DNA from: Escherichia phage vB_EcoM-Ro121c4YLVW
DNA length: 64,000 nt
Sequence record: NC_052654.1
Direction: 5' to 3' (one strand)
The notes below the pieces were generated by a model, which was not told the DNA's origin, did not search any database, and saw only the letters and a list, made by a program, of their open reading frames with translations. Shown one piece after another: positions 1 through 8,936 of this stretch (its first letter is position 1; each line of letters opens with the position of its first letter). Made by a program: the position numbers and the translations under genes.

Positions 1-1758
1 ACCAGCTACACCGATACCGATACCCCAGTTGGACAGAGGAATAGGAGCGTTAGTCCCATCGATATTAGACAGGTAAATATTCTCAATCACACAACCATCG
101 TCATAATGTTTATTGATGACGTTCAGTTCTATTGCATCACCTTGCATATCCATGAAGGTAAGGTTACGGAAGACACCACGTGTTACTGGTTCCCCTGTTC
201 CTTGTTGAAGGATGCCATACAACCCGTTTTTAAAAGTACAATTATCAATTTCAAAAGTACCTGATATTGGGTTGCCTTGGAATACCAAGCTACCAACTTG
301 ACCTGCGCGAGGAGCACCGTCCCACAAACAATCGAACATGCGCACAGCACCACCCCAATACATAACACGAGAGTTACGGAAAGTTGTGCCTTCTACTGTA
401 GCATTTTGCACACGATAGTCGCGTTGACCACGGAACACACCCCCACGCAAAGTGATACCTTGAATATCAAAAGAGCTTGTCGTGAAAGTCATATCGCAAC
501 CGTAAGCATCGAGAATCTTGCTTTTCGAAGCTTTTGCTGCTAACAGTGCCGCTTGGAAAGCTGCTTCTGGTGTGGTATATGTTGTTGTGTTGTTAGCAAA
601 TTCTGACAAGTAGACAACATCGAATAAATCGTTGTATGTTCCACCACGAGGGGTTAACAGTCCTTCTGTATTGGTCAGAACCCATGCATTTGGACCTAAT
701 CCACCGCTTGTCTCCAATGTATCGGAGGCCAAAATACTTTTTGGTAAACTTCCAGCCCAACGATAACGACCAGCACCACGTCCAATCGTCTGATTTTTAG
801 CTGTCAGAGTTACGTTATTACCAAAGCTTGTAGGCAAATGAACAAACTGTCCACGTTCAACAGCTAGTGCAGAAAGATCTACAGACCCCCCAGAATAAGT
901 CATTACTCCAGAAACAGACAAGGATGTTAAAGTTCCTGTGATGTTAGGAGGTAATGTGTAGGAAGACTGTGCTACTGGATCATACAGAGCTTTAATCCCT
1001 GTTAATGATTGACCTGCTGTTGCGTAAGCCACCTCATCATCTAACAAACCATATTTACGAGCAATAGTTTGCAGAGGGACTTTATCCATGCTTTCTGTTA
1101 GTTCTTCCGTTTTTGTTTCTAAACTAACAAGACGGTTCTCTAGATTAGGATCTGTATCTGCTGAAGCTACGATTTTACCAATATAAGCAAAAAGCTTGTT
1201 TGGTAGTCCTGTTGCAGGATCGTGTCCCAAAGGTTCAGATAAGATGATCTTACTATCTTCTATACGGAAAGCTTCCCCCAGAACCTGAATAACACCATTG
1301 ATCGTAACAATAGCACTATCAAAGATGTAAGGAGGACTAATTACTGTTTCATAACCCGTTGCACCAGAGTATACCCACGGGGTGACTTCTGTTGCTAATT
1401 GTTCTGTTTTCAGTCCCCACAATACCCAGTTGTTATCTCCTACTGGAGTCCCTTGCATAGGGATTGGGTTAACCAATGTAGCGTTAGGGGCATAGTAATA
1501 ACCGCTCAATACTCCATTCTGGAAATAACGAAGTTGGTTAAAAACTGTTTCGTTTGTGCCTTGCGCCCAATCCAATGGGCTTTTAAAGAAAAAGTTGTCA
1601 ACAAGGGCTTTTCTCAGGGTTGGTATCAACCCTGATTCTGTTTCAATACTCTCTGTAGCACTTCCATTAATAACATCATGGAGTTGGTTAGATGAGAAAA
1701 TAACCAGGTCTACGCCCTGTTCGAGAGACGTTGCTGGATATGTTGGGAATGTTGCCAT
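1..1758 (-). CDS. tail fiber/tailspike-like protein, partial (C-terminus beyond window edge)
   Basis: ATG at 1756-1758 on minus strand opens a frame with no stop to position 1 (spot-translated 1-120 and 1381-1757); absent from ORF track because truncated; Gly/Thr/Asn-rich beta-helix-like sequence at distal end of tail module. Confidence 0.5.
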   Translation of the reverse strand, partial: MATFPTYPATSLEQGVDLVIFSSNQLHDVINGSATESIETESGLIPTLRKALVDNFFFKSPLDWAQGTNETVFNQLRYFQNGVLSGYYYAPNATLVNPIPMQGTPVGDNNWVLWGLKTEQLATEVTPWVYSGATGYETVISPPYIFDSAIVTINGVIQVLGEAFRIEDSKIILSEPLGHDPATGLPNKLFAYIGKIVASADTDPNLENRLVSLETKTEELTESMDKVPLQTIARKYGLLDDEVAYATAGQSLTGIKALYDPVAQSSYTLPPNITGTLTSLSVSGVMTYSGGSVDLSALAVERGQFVHLPTSFGNNVTLTAKNQTIGRGAGRYRWAGSLPKSILASDTLETSGGLGPNAWVLTNTEGLLTPRGGTYNDLFDVVYLSEFANNTTTYTTPEAAFQAALLAAKASKSKILDAYGCDMTFTTSSFDIQGITLRGGVFRGQRDYRVQNATVEGTTFRNSRVMYWGGAVRMFDCLWDGAPRAGQVGSLVFQGNPISGTFEIDNCTFKNGLYGILQQGTGEPVTRGVFRNLTFMDMQGDAIELNVINKHYDDGCVIENIYLSNIDGTNAPIPLSNWGIGIGVAG

Positions 1759-1761
1759 TAA

Positions 1762-2097
1762 TTACCCCTTATTCTGTGTACGTTTAACTATGTCATCTAG
1801 CATCATTTGGATAGTCGCATTCTTGAGGTCCATAATCTTTTCAATTTTTTGCTCAAGGGTGTTATTATTTGCCATTAATGTAGAGTTAATTTGATTTAGC
1901 ATCTGGGTAAGTTCGGCTTTAGTTGCATAAGTTGATTCAACAAAGACCAACTTCTTCTCTAGCTCTCGACTTTTCTCCTCCATTTCCTCAAGATCAGAGC
2001 CGAATTTATCCATTTTTTGTTTGAAAAAGAACCAGATGACTCCGATTAAAGGGATTATTGCATCCTTTGCAAGTCCCCATGCTTCTTGAAATTCCAT
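1762..2097 (-). CDS. hypothetical protein with N-terminal hydrophobic helix and coiled coil
   Basis: 111 aa ORF; hydrophobic segment IIPLIGVIWFFF then K/E-rich heptads; abuts next gene. Confidence 0.5.
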   Translation of the reverse strand: MEFQEAWGLAKDAIIPLIGVIWFFFKQKMDKFGSDLEEMEEKSRELEKKLVFVESTYATKAELTQMLNQINSTLMANNNTLEQKIEKIMDLKNATIQMMLDDIVKRTQNKG

Positions 2098-2106
2098 AGT
2101 GATCCC

Positions 2107-2652
2107 TTATTCTGTCGGTAATGTAGGCCAATCTATAGCGTAAGGATAGTCTTTTTGGAGCGGAACACGATTTAGTTTAACTACATAAACTTGAAGATTT
2201 TTAAGATAAGCTAATTCGTCTTCAGTAGCCATTTCTAAATCTTTAGCATACTGTAAAGGTGTTATAAGTGCTACCGCTGTTTCTTGTAAAGAGCGAATTT
2301 TTGCACTAGCTTGTGTCATCAACTCTTCACGGGAATACTCTTTATCCTTAAGAGTTAAGGTTTCTAAATCCAGAACCTTGTTCCTAATATCCTCAAAAGT
2401 ATCTATATTAAAGTCTACTTGTGCTATAGAAAGATCTTCAGGGCAAAGTAGTGTAGGATCAGTATTCCAAAACACAATACGATTTTGATCATCAAAAACG
2501 ACTTTCATTTTATCGTTATTGAATTCTGTGCTACGTAAATCATACCAATCGTAACCTTGATCGCAACGAAGAAAAAGAATGTTCTCTGCTTCTACCAATT
2601 CTTTTAGTTCAGGGTCTTCAGGAATATATTTTTTAAAGTTTGTAAATATCAT
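2107..2652 (-). CDS. putative tail fiber assembly/chaperone protein
   Basis: 181 aa ORF directly downstream of a fiber gene; function by position only. Confidence 0.4.
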   Translation of the reverse strand: MIFTNFKKYIPEDPELKELVEAENILFLRCDQGYDWYDLRSTEFNNDKMKVVFDDQNRIVFWNTDPTLLCPEDLSIAQVDFNIDTFEDIRNKVLDLETLTLKDKEYSREELMTQASAKIRSLQETAVALITPLQYAKDLEMATEDELAYLKNLQVYVVKLNRVPLQKDYPYAIDWPTLPTE

Positions 2653-3714
2653 TTAGCCTCCAATATCGTACCAGTTTCCGTTAACGTTGCGCTGGAGGCG
2701 TTTGAAGTAAACCCCACCGATGTTATCCGCAGAGCTACGTCCTGTTTCCTGTACGATAATACCAGAAAGAACATAACCAGAAGAACAGATATAAGTCCAA
2801 GAAACCTCGTTCCCTGGTGGATAATACACACCTTGGCTAGTATAACGAATATCTCTTACAAAGGTTCCGTTAGCATAGTTGTAGTTATTTGTAATCTGAC
2901 TTTGATGATTACTTTCTACATTGTTTATACGAGAAGAGAGGTTGTTGTTAACATTATTCAAGTTGTTTTGAACACTGTTAATATTCGTCTGCAATGTGTT
3001 CTGAAGGGAAGTCAAACGAGAGTTCAGATAATCTAAACGAACTAAAGCATTTCCGTTAGAAGTATCTTGTCCACTGTTCGATCTTGGATTATCTATTAGA
3101 ACATAACCTGCATCATATAAACGAACACCTGCCGATATACTACCTGTGCTAGGATTTCTACGATAGATGTAAAGCTGACCTCCGCTTTGATACTCGGCAG
3201 AAATCTCACCATTTGTTTGTCCTGCAAAGTTTTTGAAGAACAGTGTTGCAGGATCTGTTGTGGAAGTACCGTTAACATAAACATCGCCACCATAAATAGC
3301 ACCACCCGCATCACGTTTTACCAACACGTTTGGTGTTACTGTTGAACTAGTGGCATCTGTAATGTTTGCCGACAAGTGATTATGACTGTTATCTTGAACC
3401 TGGATAGATAAAGTAACTTCTTTGTTACCGTTCCAAGTAGCCTCACCCGTAGCATCACCTGCCATTGTAATCTTAGTTCCCACTAAAGGCAAGTAGGTAT
3501 TAGGTAAAGTTGGAAGAAAGTCATCCACCAAATAGCGAATCCATAAACCGATATTATTAAGAATCCAGTTCATTTCTTCGCAAGTCATGATTTGACCATA
3601 ATCCATACCAACTGTGCGGATGGTTTCTTTAGGTCTAATTTTGTTTGTGTTTAAAGTTCCTGGGAGCGTTACAGTTTGTGTAGCCCAGTCAGGATAATAT
3701 ATTGGCTTCGCCAT
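2653..3714 (-). CDS. tail fiber protein
   Basis: 353 aa; N/S/T-rich with NNVNNNLSSRINNVESN-type repeats typical of fiber shafts. Confidence 0.6.
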   Translation of the reverse strand: MAKPIYYPDWATQTVTLPGTLNTNKIRPKETIRTVGMDYGQIMTCEEMNWILNNIGLWIRYLVDDFLPTLPNTYLPLVGTKITMAGDATGEATWNGNKEVTLSIQVQDNSHNHLSANITDATSSTVTPNVLVKRDAGGAIYGGDVYVNGTSTTDPATLFFKNFAGQTNGEISAEYQSGGQLYIYRRNPSTGSISAGVRLYDAGYVLIDNPRSNSGQDTSNGNALVRLDYLNSRLTSLQNTLQTNINSVQNNLNNVNNNLSSRINNVESNHQSQITNNYNYANGTFVRDIRYTSQGVYYPPGNEVSWTYICSSGYVLSGIIVQETGRSSADNIGGVYFKRLQRNVNGNWYDIGG

Positions 3715-3723
3715 TTAAACTCC

Positions 3724-4353
3724 TTAATCTATTTGCTTGAGAAGCGTACACATGCGTCCTGTTTCATCCCCAGTAGATTCCATGTACAGGGAACCTAAAC
3801 CACCAATACCATGAGGCGGTTTGGTAGCATAATAAGAACTAAAACCAAAAGCTGATCCTGCTTTTGCTCCAAGACGGTAGCTACTAATAATAGGGAAAAC
3901 ACTTAGCAACTGCTCTAAAGCTTGATCAGATTGAAGACACAGGTTGTAGAAAAACACATCAAAGGTTTTATTCAAACCTACGTAAGTATTAAGCGTTTCA
4001 CGCTCTGTTCCTGTGAAACGGGCGAAGATATCAATTATGTCACCACGAGTCCCCGATGAGGCTACGCGGTAAGCCCTGATTTTTAATATTGTTCTATACT
4101 CTTCATCATCAGAGCCATTACGTTCGATCCCCATTTCTTCCCCTAGAATATCTAAGTATTTGCCTGTGGCTGTAGAGATCAAGCGGTGTTTAGCAAGATA
4201 GATCATTGCCTGATCTATCTTTTGCTTTTCACTGGATACGATGTAGAGGAGCTTGACAATGTTAGGAGAAGATTTAAAATCTTCAATCAGAAGGTTTTTA
4301 ACATCTTCATTGATACTGGCCCAAGTTGTTACATGGTCAACACTCACTGCCAT
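3724..4353 (-). CDS. putative baseplate/tail protein
   Basis: 209 aa ORF immediately downstream of baseplate J-like gene; gpI-like by position. Confidence 0.4.
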   Translation of the reverse strand: MAVSVDHVTTWASINEDVKNLLIEDFKSSPNIVKLLYIVSSEKQKIDQAMIYLAKHRLISTATGKYLDILGEEMGIERNGSDDEEYRTILKIRAYRVASSGTRGDIIDIFARFTGTERETLNTYVGLNKTFDVFFYNLCLQSDQALEQLLSVFPIISSYRLGAKAGSAFGFSSYYATKPPHGIGGLGSLYMESTGDETGRMCTLLKQID

Positions 4354-4355
4354 TT

Positions 4356-5843
4356 TTACACTCCATACTCGTAAGAAATGTTATCAAGGTCAAAAGAAGG
4401 GACAACATTATAAGCAGGAACTATATTATTCTCTGTATATTTACTGTCATCCTCAGTATTAAGTTTAACATAAACACGAAGAGAAGTCAAGCGTCCAAAA
4501 GCAAGTGCTGCATAAATAACACCTTTGATTTGATCGTTCGTTACTGAAGAACCTAATTCAAAGTAAGCTTGCAGGTTTTGTAAAGCTTCTACAATGTTTT
4601 GTTTTTCTGTTCCACTTAAAGTTGTTCCGTTGACAGTTTGATAAACAAGTTTTACGGAATACATAGCAGAAGCACCAGGAGAGAAGCGAATAATTTCTTG
4701 TCCTCCATCTTCTGTTGTAACTGTTATGTTAGTTGTTCCGTGTGTCAAAGTGTTGATTGGTTTGGTTTTATAGATAACATTTGCAATTTCTTCTGCACTG
4801 CCACCATAAACTATAGTCTGGAAAGTCATAGCTGGAGCGTGTTCTTGATCATGTAACGTAGGGTTATCATAAATCTTCACCTTAGTGACACCATCTGTAA
4901 GTAACAGAGCTTTCACAATAGCTGCTCGTGTCCCTGCGTTAGCTTCGTCAACGTTGTCATTGAAACGAGAGCGGAATTCTGCATCTGTCTCAACATCTCG
5001 ACCAGGAGAAAATGAATAGAAGTTACCACTGTCAAGATAACCTGTAAAGGTAGAAGATATCCCTGTAATAGACTCCACACCAACAGGATTGTATCCTTTC
5101 TCTGCTGCAACTACCGGAATCTCACTCCATTTGGTTCCAACCGGAACACTAGCATAAAATTTAATAGGAGTTACCAGCCCCACTGGAGTATCACTGGTTA
5201 AAGAAGTAAAACCAATTGATAAGTTACCTGAATCAGAAAATACAAGACTACGATCAGCTTCTGTTAAATTTGCCTTGATAAAAGTTTCAAGATCGGTTAT
5301 AAATGTAGAAGAACCAGGTGCAAGTGTTTTACTGTTTAGTCCTCCATCGACCGCACTTTGTGCATAAAAAGTAATATTCGGAACACCTGTAGCAGTTGCA
5401 TTAGCACGAGAGATTTGATAAGCTGCAATCTTAGCATTCAACATAGTTGGTGTGCTAACATAGTAGTTCATATCACTATCAGAGTTGAAGTAAATATCCG
5501 TGCCTAGCTCATAAGTCCAAGCTGCTTTGTTATTACTCTTAACATATGCATAACCTGTACTTGCTGCTGCACCTGCTCGATAGAAACCGCGTTTAGAAAA
5601 GATTTCATCAAGATAAATACCTTCTGCACCATCCAGTGTTTGAGTATTATAAACACCTTGCATACCTTCCCACAATGTGTAATCTGTGTATGCAATTATT
5701 CTAAACAGTTGTCCGATCACAGTATCTTCCGAAGTGGCTGCATCTGCACCAAATGTGTTTTTTACTGCTGTCATGTAGTTGTTTAAAACATCGTCAAAAG
5801 TCGGGATTACAAATCCCGCATCTGTCAAACCATATTCGTCCAT
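4356..5843 (-). CDS. baseplate J-like protein
   Basis: 495 aa; N-terminal region resembles baseplate J family as recalled; unverified. Confidence 0.45.
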   Translation of the reverse strand: MDEYGLTDAGFVIPTFDDVLNNYMTAVKNTFGADAATSEDTVIGQLFRIIAYTDYTLWEGMQGVYNTQTLDGAEGIYLDEIFSKRGFYRAGAAASTGYAYVKSNNKAAWTYELGTDIYFNSDSDMNYYVSTPTMLNAKIAAYQISRANATATGVPNITFYAQSAVDGGLNSKTLAPGSSTFITDLETFIKANLTEADRSLVFSDSGNLSIGFTSLTSDTPVGLVTPIKFYASVPVGTKWSEIPVVAAEKGYNPVGVESITGISSTFTGYLDSGNFYSFSPGRDVETDAEFRSRFNDNVDEANAGTRAAIVKALLLTDGVTKVKIYDNPTLHDQEHAPAMTFQTIVYGGSAEEIANVIYKTKPINTLTHGTTNITVTTEDGGQEIIRFSPGASAMYSVKLVYQTVNGTTLSGTEKQNIVEALQNLQAYFELGSSVTNDQIKGVIYAALAFGRLTSLRVYVKLNTEDDSKYTENNIVPAYNVVPSFDLDNISYEYGV

Positions 5844-6085
5844 TAGTCATCCTCTTTGGTAGATTGTGATCTGCCCCAGCGTAAATCAATAAGATTTTTC
5901 ATGAGGCGAGAAGGAGTTATCATGAAAACAAAAGCCCAACCCATCCATTCAGGAATTTCTTTTTCTATTCCTAAAAAGATAAACATGCCTGTCATAACCG
6001 ACATGCCTACAGCGTTCCAGACTTTCGTAGAACTGACTTTATTATCAGGATATGTACAGAACATACCTATTAAAAATTTTCTCAT
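5843..6085 (-). CDS. small membrane protein
   Basis: 80 aa with hydrophobic helices (VMTGMFIFLGI, WAFVFMITP); holin candidate by composition only. Confidence 0.45.
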   Translation of the reverse strand: MRKFLIGMFCTYPDNKVSSTKVWNAVGMSVMTGMFIFLGIEKEIPEWMGWAFVFMITPSRLMKNLIDLRWGRSQSTKEDD

Positions 6086-6390
6086 AGTGCGTTCTCATTA
6101 CTTTTTAAATCACAAGATATAGCTAATTCCCCAAGGTCTACAGAACCCGCTGAATGCACAAGTACAGCAGCACTAAGACTAATGGCAGTAGTACCTGGGG
6201 CAATATCAGCAGGTAGGGAATACGCCCTTTGCGTCTCCTTATCATAGATAACCTTATACCCACCCAAATCCACACCAACTGAGAAGTAAACAACCTCAGA
6301 TTGTTTAACTCCAAAGTGACGGGCTACTGCTTGTTTATTGGTTAAGATTCCGGTTGAACCTTTACCACCTTGGGAGAACATTTCGTTCAT
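6082..6390 (-). CDS. hypothetical protein
   Basis: 102 aa ORF, 4 nt overlap with downstream gene. Confidence 0.45.
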   Translation of the reverse strand: MNEMFSQGGKGSTGILTNKQAVARHFGVKQSEVVYFSVGVDLGGYKVIYDKETQRAYSLPADIAPGTTAISLSAAVLVHSAGSVDLGELAISCDLKSNENAL

Positions 6391-6617
6391 AACAACCTCT
6401 TTGTTTTTCTAAGTAAGCCCCTCTTTGGAGGGGCTTGCAGTGGTAGTGACAACACTTTGAGTTAGTACGATAGTAACTAAAGACAAGATTAACCCTGCTA
6501 CGATATGTTTTCATCATTTTATCACATGGCGATGACATGCACTTGCAGGACATAGCTTGTGTGGATTGTGCTGAATGCAATTTTGGCCTATTGTCATCAG
6601 TAAGAAAGCATTCATTC

Positions 6618-6638
6618 CCCCGCCGAAGCGGGGTTTTT
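6618..6638 (+). terminator. intrinsic terminator-like hairpin oriented on plus strand
   Basis: CCCCGC-CGAA-GCGGGG followed by TTTTT on plus strand, inside a minus-strand gene block. Confidence 0.45.
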
Positions 6639-6639
6639 G

Positions 6640-8928
6640 TTATATAACTGAAGTAACAACACCATTGATTGTTGCTTTTATCTGTGCAGTTGGATGAGGT
6701 CTAACATTAATGGTTCCTCTATTGCTTGATGCCCCAATGAATACATCATACCCTGAAGTTGCGTTGAAATCCGAGAACAGGCTAACCGGGCTTGCATTCT
6801 GAGTGGCAGGCACAGCAGATGATGTTCCATAACGCTTCAGGATACCTGGTGTTGCTAAGGATGATGCAGCATCGCGACGGCAAGTAACGTCAAGATCAAA
6901 TGTGTATCCATCAAACCCGTATTGTGTTGAATCCTGATAAAGTTTCATTACTTCTACTGTTGAACCTCCGACAGAAGAGTTATGGTTAAGTCCTGTGAAC
7001 TTCATTCTGGTAAATCGATTGTCCTGCGCAACTGTATCGAATGTCTTTTCAATTTTAAGGCTGCTTAAACCATATACACCGTTCAGAAGTATAGGGTTCT
7101 GAACACGCGTACTCATGCTTATATCAATAGTCGGCGCGTTATACAGGTCAATCCTGTCACCAATGGAACCTGAACGATCTTTGATATTTACGGCAATAGA
7201 AAATGTAGCATCATTATTATCAATTTTTATTGTCGATCTCTTATCTACCTCTATTGTCATAGATGGAGATGACTCTGCTACTGAAGTTCCTGTTATTGTC
7301 AAAGAACGTGGATATTTAGTTACATATATTTTTGCTTCTTCGCTATAGTTTCCCGCCACAAAGGTTGCCTGGCTGTCTCCTATGCGTATTTCACCAGTTT
7401 CAACAGTTGCAGCAATAACAGACGTTCCAATAATCGGAACCTCTACTTTAGTTCCGGAAGGGAAATCAGATGTCATTGCTCGATCAAGAGTAATGACGTT
7501 TCCCGATATTGCTGTAATTCTTCGAGTCTCAACACCGCCAGTCGAGTTTGTAAAAGCAATCTCAAACCAGGTATCAAAACCAGAGGCATCTGCAACAGTA
7601 ACAGTGTTGTCATTGATAGATGCTGGCGATGTTAGTGTGGTGCTCATACCCTCAATAGACAAAGTACATTGGGCTTTGTCACTACTACCAATGTAACCCA
7701 TCAACTTGATGGAGTTATTACGAACTCGAACACCGTATTTAGTAGCCGTCGAGCCGTTTTTTGTTCCCTGTGAGTGTCCATACCAATACATAACAAGATG
7801 TAAAAGATCGTAGTTGCTGATACGGTGATCAATTGATTTATTACGAACAGTAGCATAAGGCGCAGTATAGATAGCTCTGGCTGCTGCGCTGGCACCATTA
7901 TTAGAAATGTTGCCATTTACGGTGAACCCTTCGACGGTTTGGTGCCAGTGGAAACGGTCACGGTTCCTGTCACGCGGATCAATTCCGACATGGTGCAGTG
8001 AAATGTCAGATGACGTTGACATGATTATTGTTGCGTCATTTCCGGCACCGGAAAAAGTAAATCCTCGACGATCAACATCAAGGTTGATTGTATTTGATAG
8101 ATAACTTCCGGAAGGGAATGATAACTTAGATATTATACTGTTAGCCCTTGCAACCCTGTTTGCTTCATCTATAGCAACTGAGTTTTCATCTGCGTCTGCA
8201 CCGCCAAAACCGAATTCATCATACCCCATGCTCTCTCTTACAATTAAGTTGGCATTAAACCCGCCCGCTATTGGGATTGAGTATGTATCATCATTTTGTG
8301 TTGTTGATATTAACCATTCTGACTCAGATCTTATTCCATGTTTGTTTTTATATGTTTTTACAGTCATCCCTTCGCTGAATGTGGCACCATCCCCTGATGG
8401 CAGAATTCCAGATATTAACTCTGAAACGCTATTAAATATTATAGTTGTGTTTTTATTAACCCACAATCTCAAAGAAGCATCGCCAACACTAACCCACGCA
8501 CTAGGACCAACGCCACCAGTTGATGTAGGGGTTGATTTAGGTGGTACATCTTTAGGGAAACCAGACCCCCATGTGTAGCACTGAGCACCCGCTATGTACC
8601 AGACAGCATCAGTTACACTGCCCACTGTAGCCCCTTCTTCAAAACTACCATCAACAAGAGTTAACCCAGCCTCGGCAAGACTACGACGCCACTGTTCACG
8701 ATCATTAAGAAGATTGTTATTCAACTCTTCCTGAACAGTATTACCATTTGAGGATTGTATTAAATCTGCTCCATCTGTATCTTTCAACTGGGTGGCTAAA
8801 ACCACCCCAGTGTCAGTAAGAAAGTTGGAAACTGTGCTTTTAACAGTCTTATCAGGTTGGTCTAAAACCAGGTAATCAGAACCATTAACTTTTGATGTTT
8901 CGGGTAAATTAGTAATTGTAGTTGACAT
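6640..8928 (-). CDS. tail fiber/tailspike protein
   Basis: 762 aa, Gly/Ser/Thr/Asn-rich. Confidence 0.55.
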   Translation of the reverse strand: MSTTITNLPETSKVNGSDYLVLDQPDKTVKSTVSNFLTDTGVVLATQLKDTDGADLIQSSNGNTVQEELNNNLLNDREQWRRSLAEAGLTLVDGSFEEGATVGSVTDAVWYIAGAQCYTWGSGFPKDVPPKSTPTSTGGVGPSAWVSVGDASLRLWVNKNTTIIFNSVSELISGILPSGDGATFSEGMTVKTYKNKHGIRSESEWLISTTQNDDTYSIPIAGGFNANLIVRESMGYDEFGFGGADADENSVAIDEANRVARANSIISKLSFPSGSYLSNTINLDVDRRGFTFSGAGNDATIIMSTSSDISLHHVGIDPRDRNRDRFHWHQTVEGFTVNGNISNNGASAAARAIYTAPYATVRNKSIDHRISNYDLLHLVMYWYGHSQGTKNGSTATKYGVRVRNNSIKLMGYIGSSDKAQCTLSIEGMSTTLTSPASINDNTVTVADASGFDTWFEIAFTNSTGGVETRRITAISGNVITLDRAMTSDFPSGTKVEVPIIGTSVIAATVETGEIRIGDSQATFVAGNYSEEAKIYVTKYPRSLTITGTSVAESSPSMTIEVDKRSTIKIDNNDATFSIAVNIKDRSGSIGDRIDLYNAPTIDISMSTRVQNPILLNGVYGLSSLKIEKTFDTVAQDNRFTRMKFTGLNHNSSVGGSTVEVMKLYQDSTQYGFDGYTFDLDVTCRRDAASSLATPGILKRYGTSSAVPATQNASPVSLFSDFNATSGYDVFIGASSNRGTINVRPHPTAQIKATINGVVTSVI

Positions 8929-8936
8929 TTTTACTC

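Noticed and set aside
6362-6580. 72 aa Cys-rich minus-strand ORF in the 6391-6639 intergenic region
   Set aside because: Overlaps hairpin structures and the upstream gene start; no SD; likely spurious
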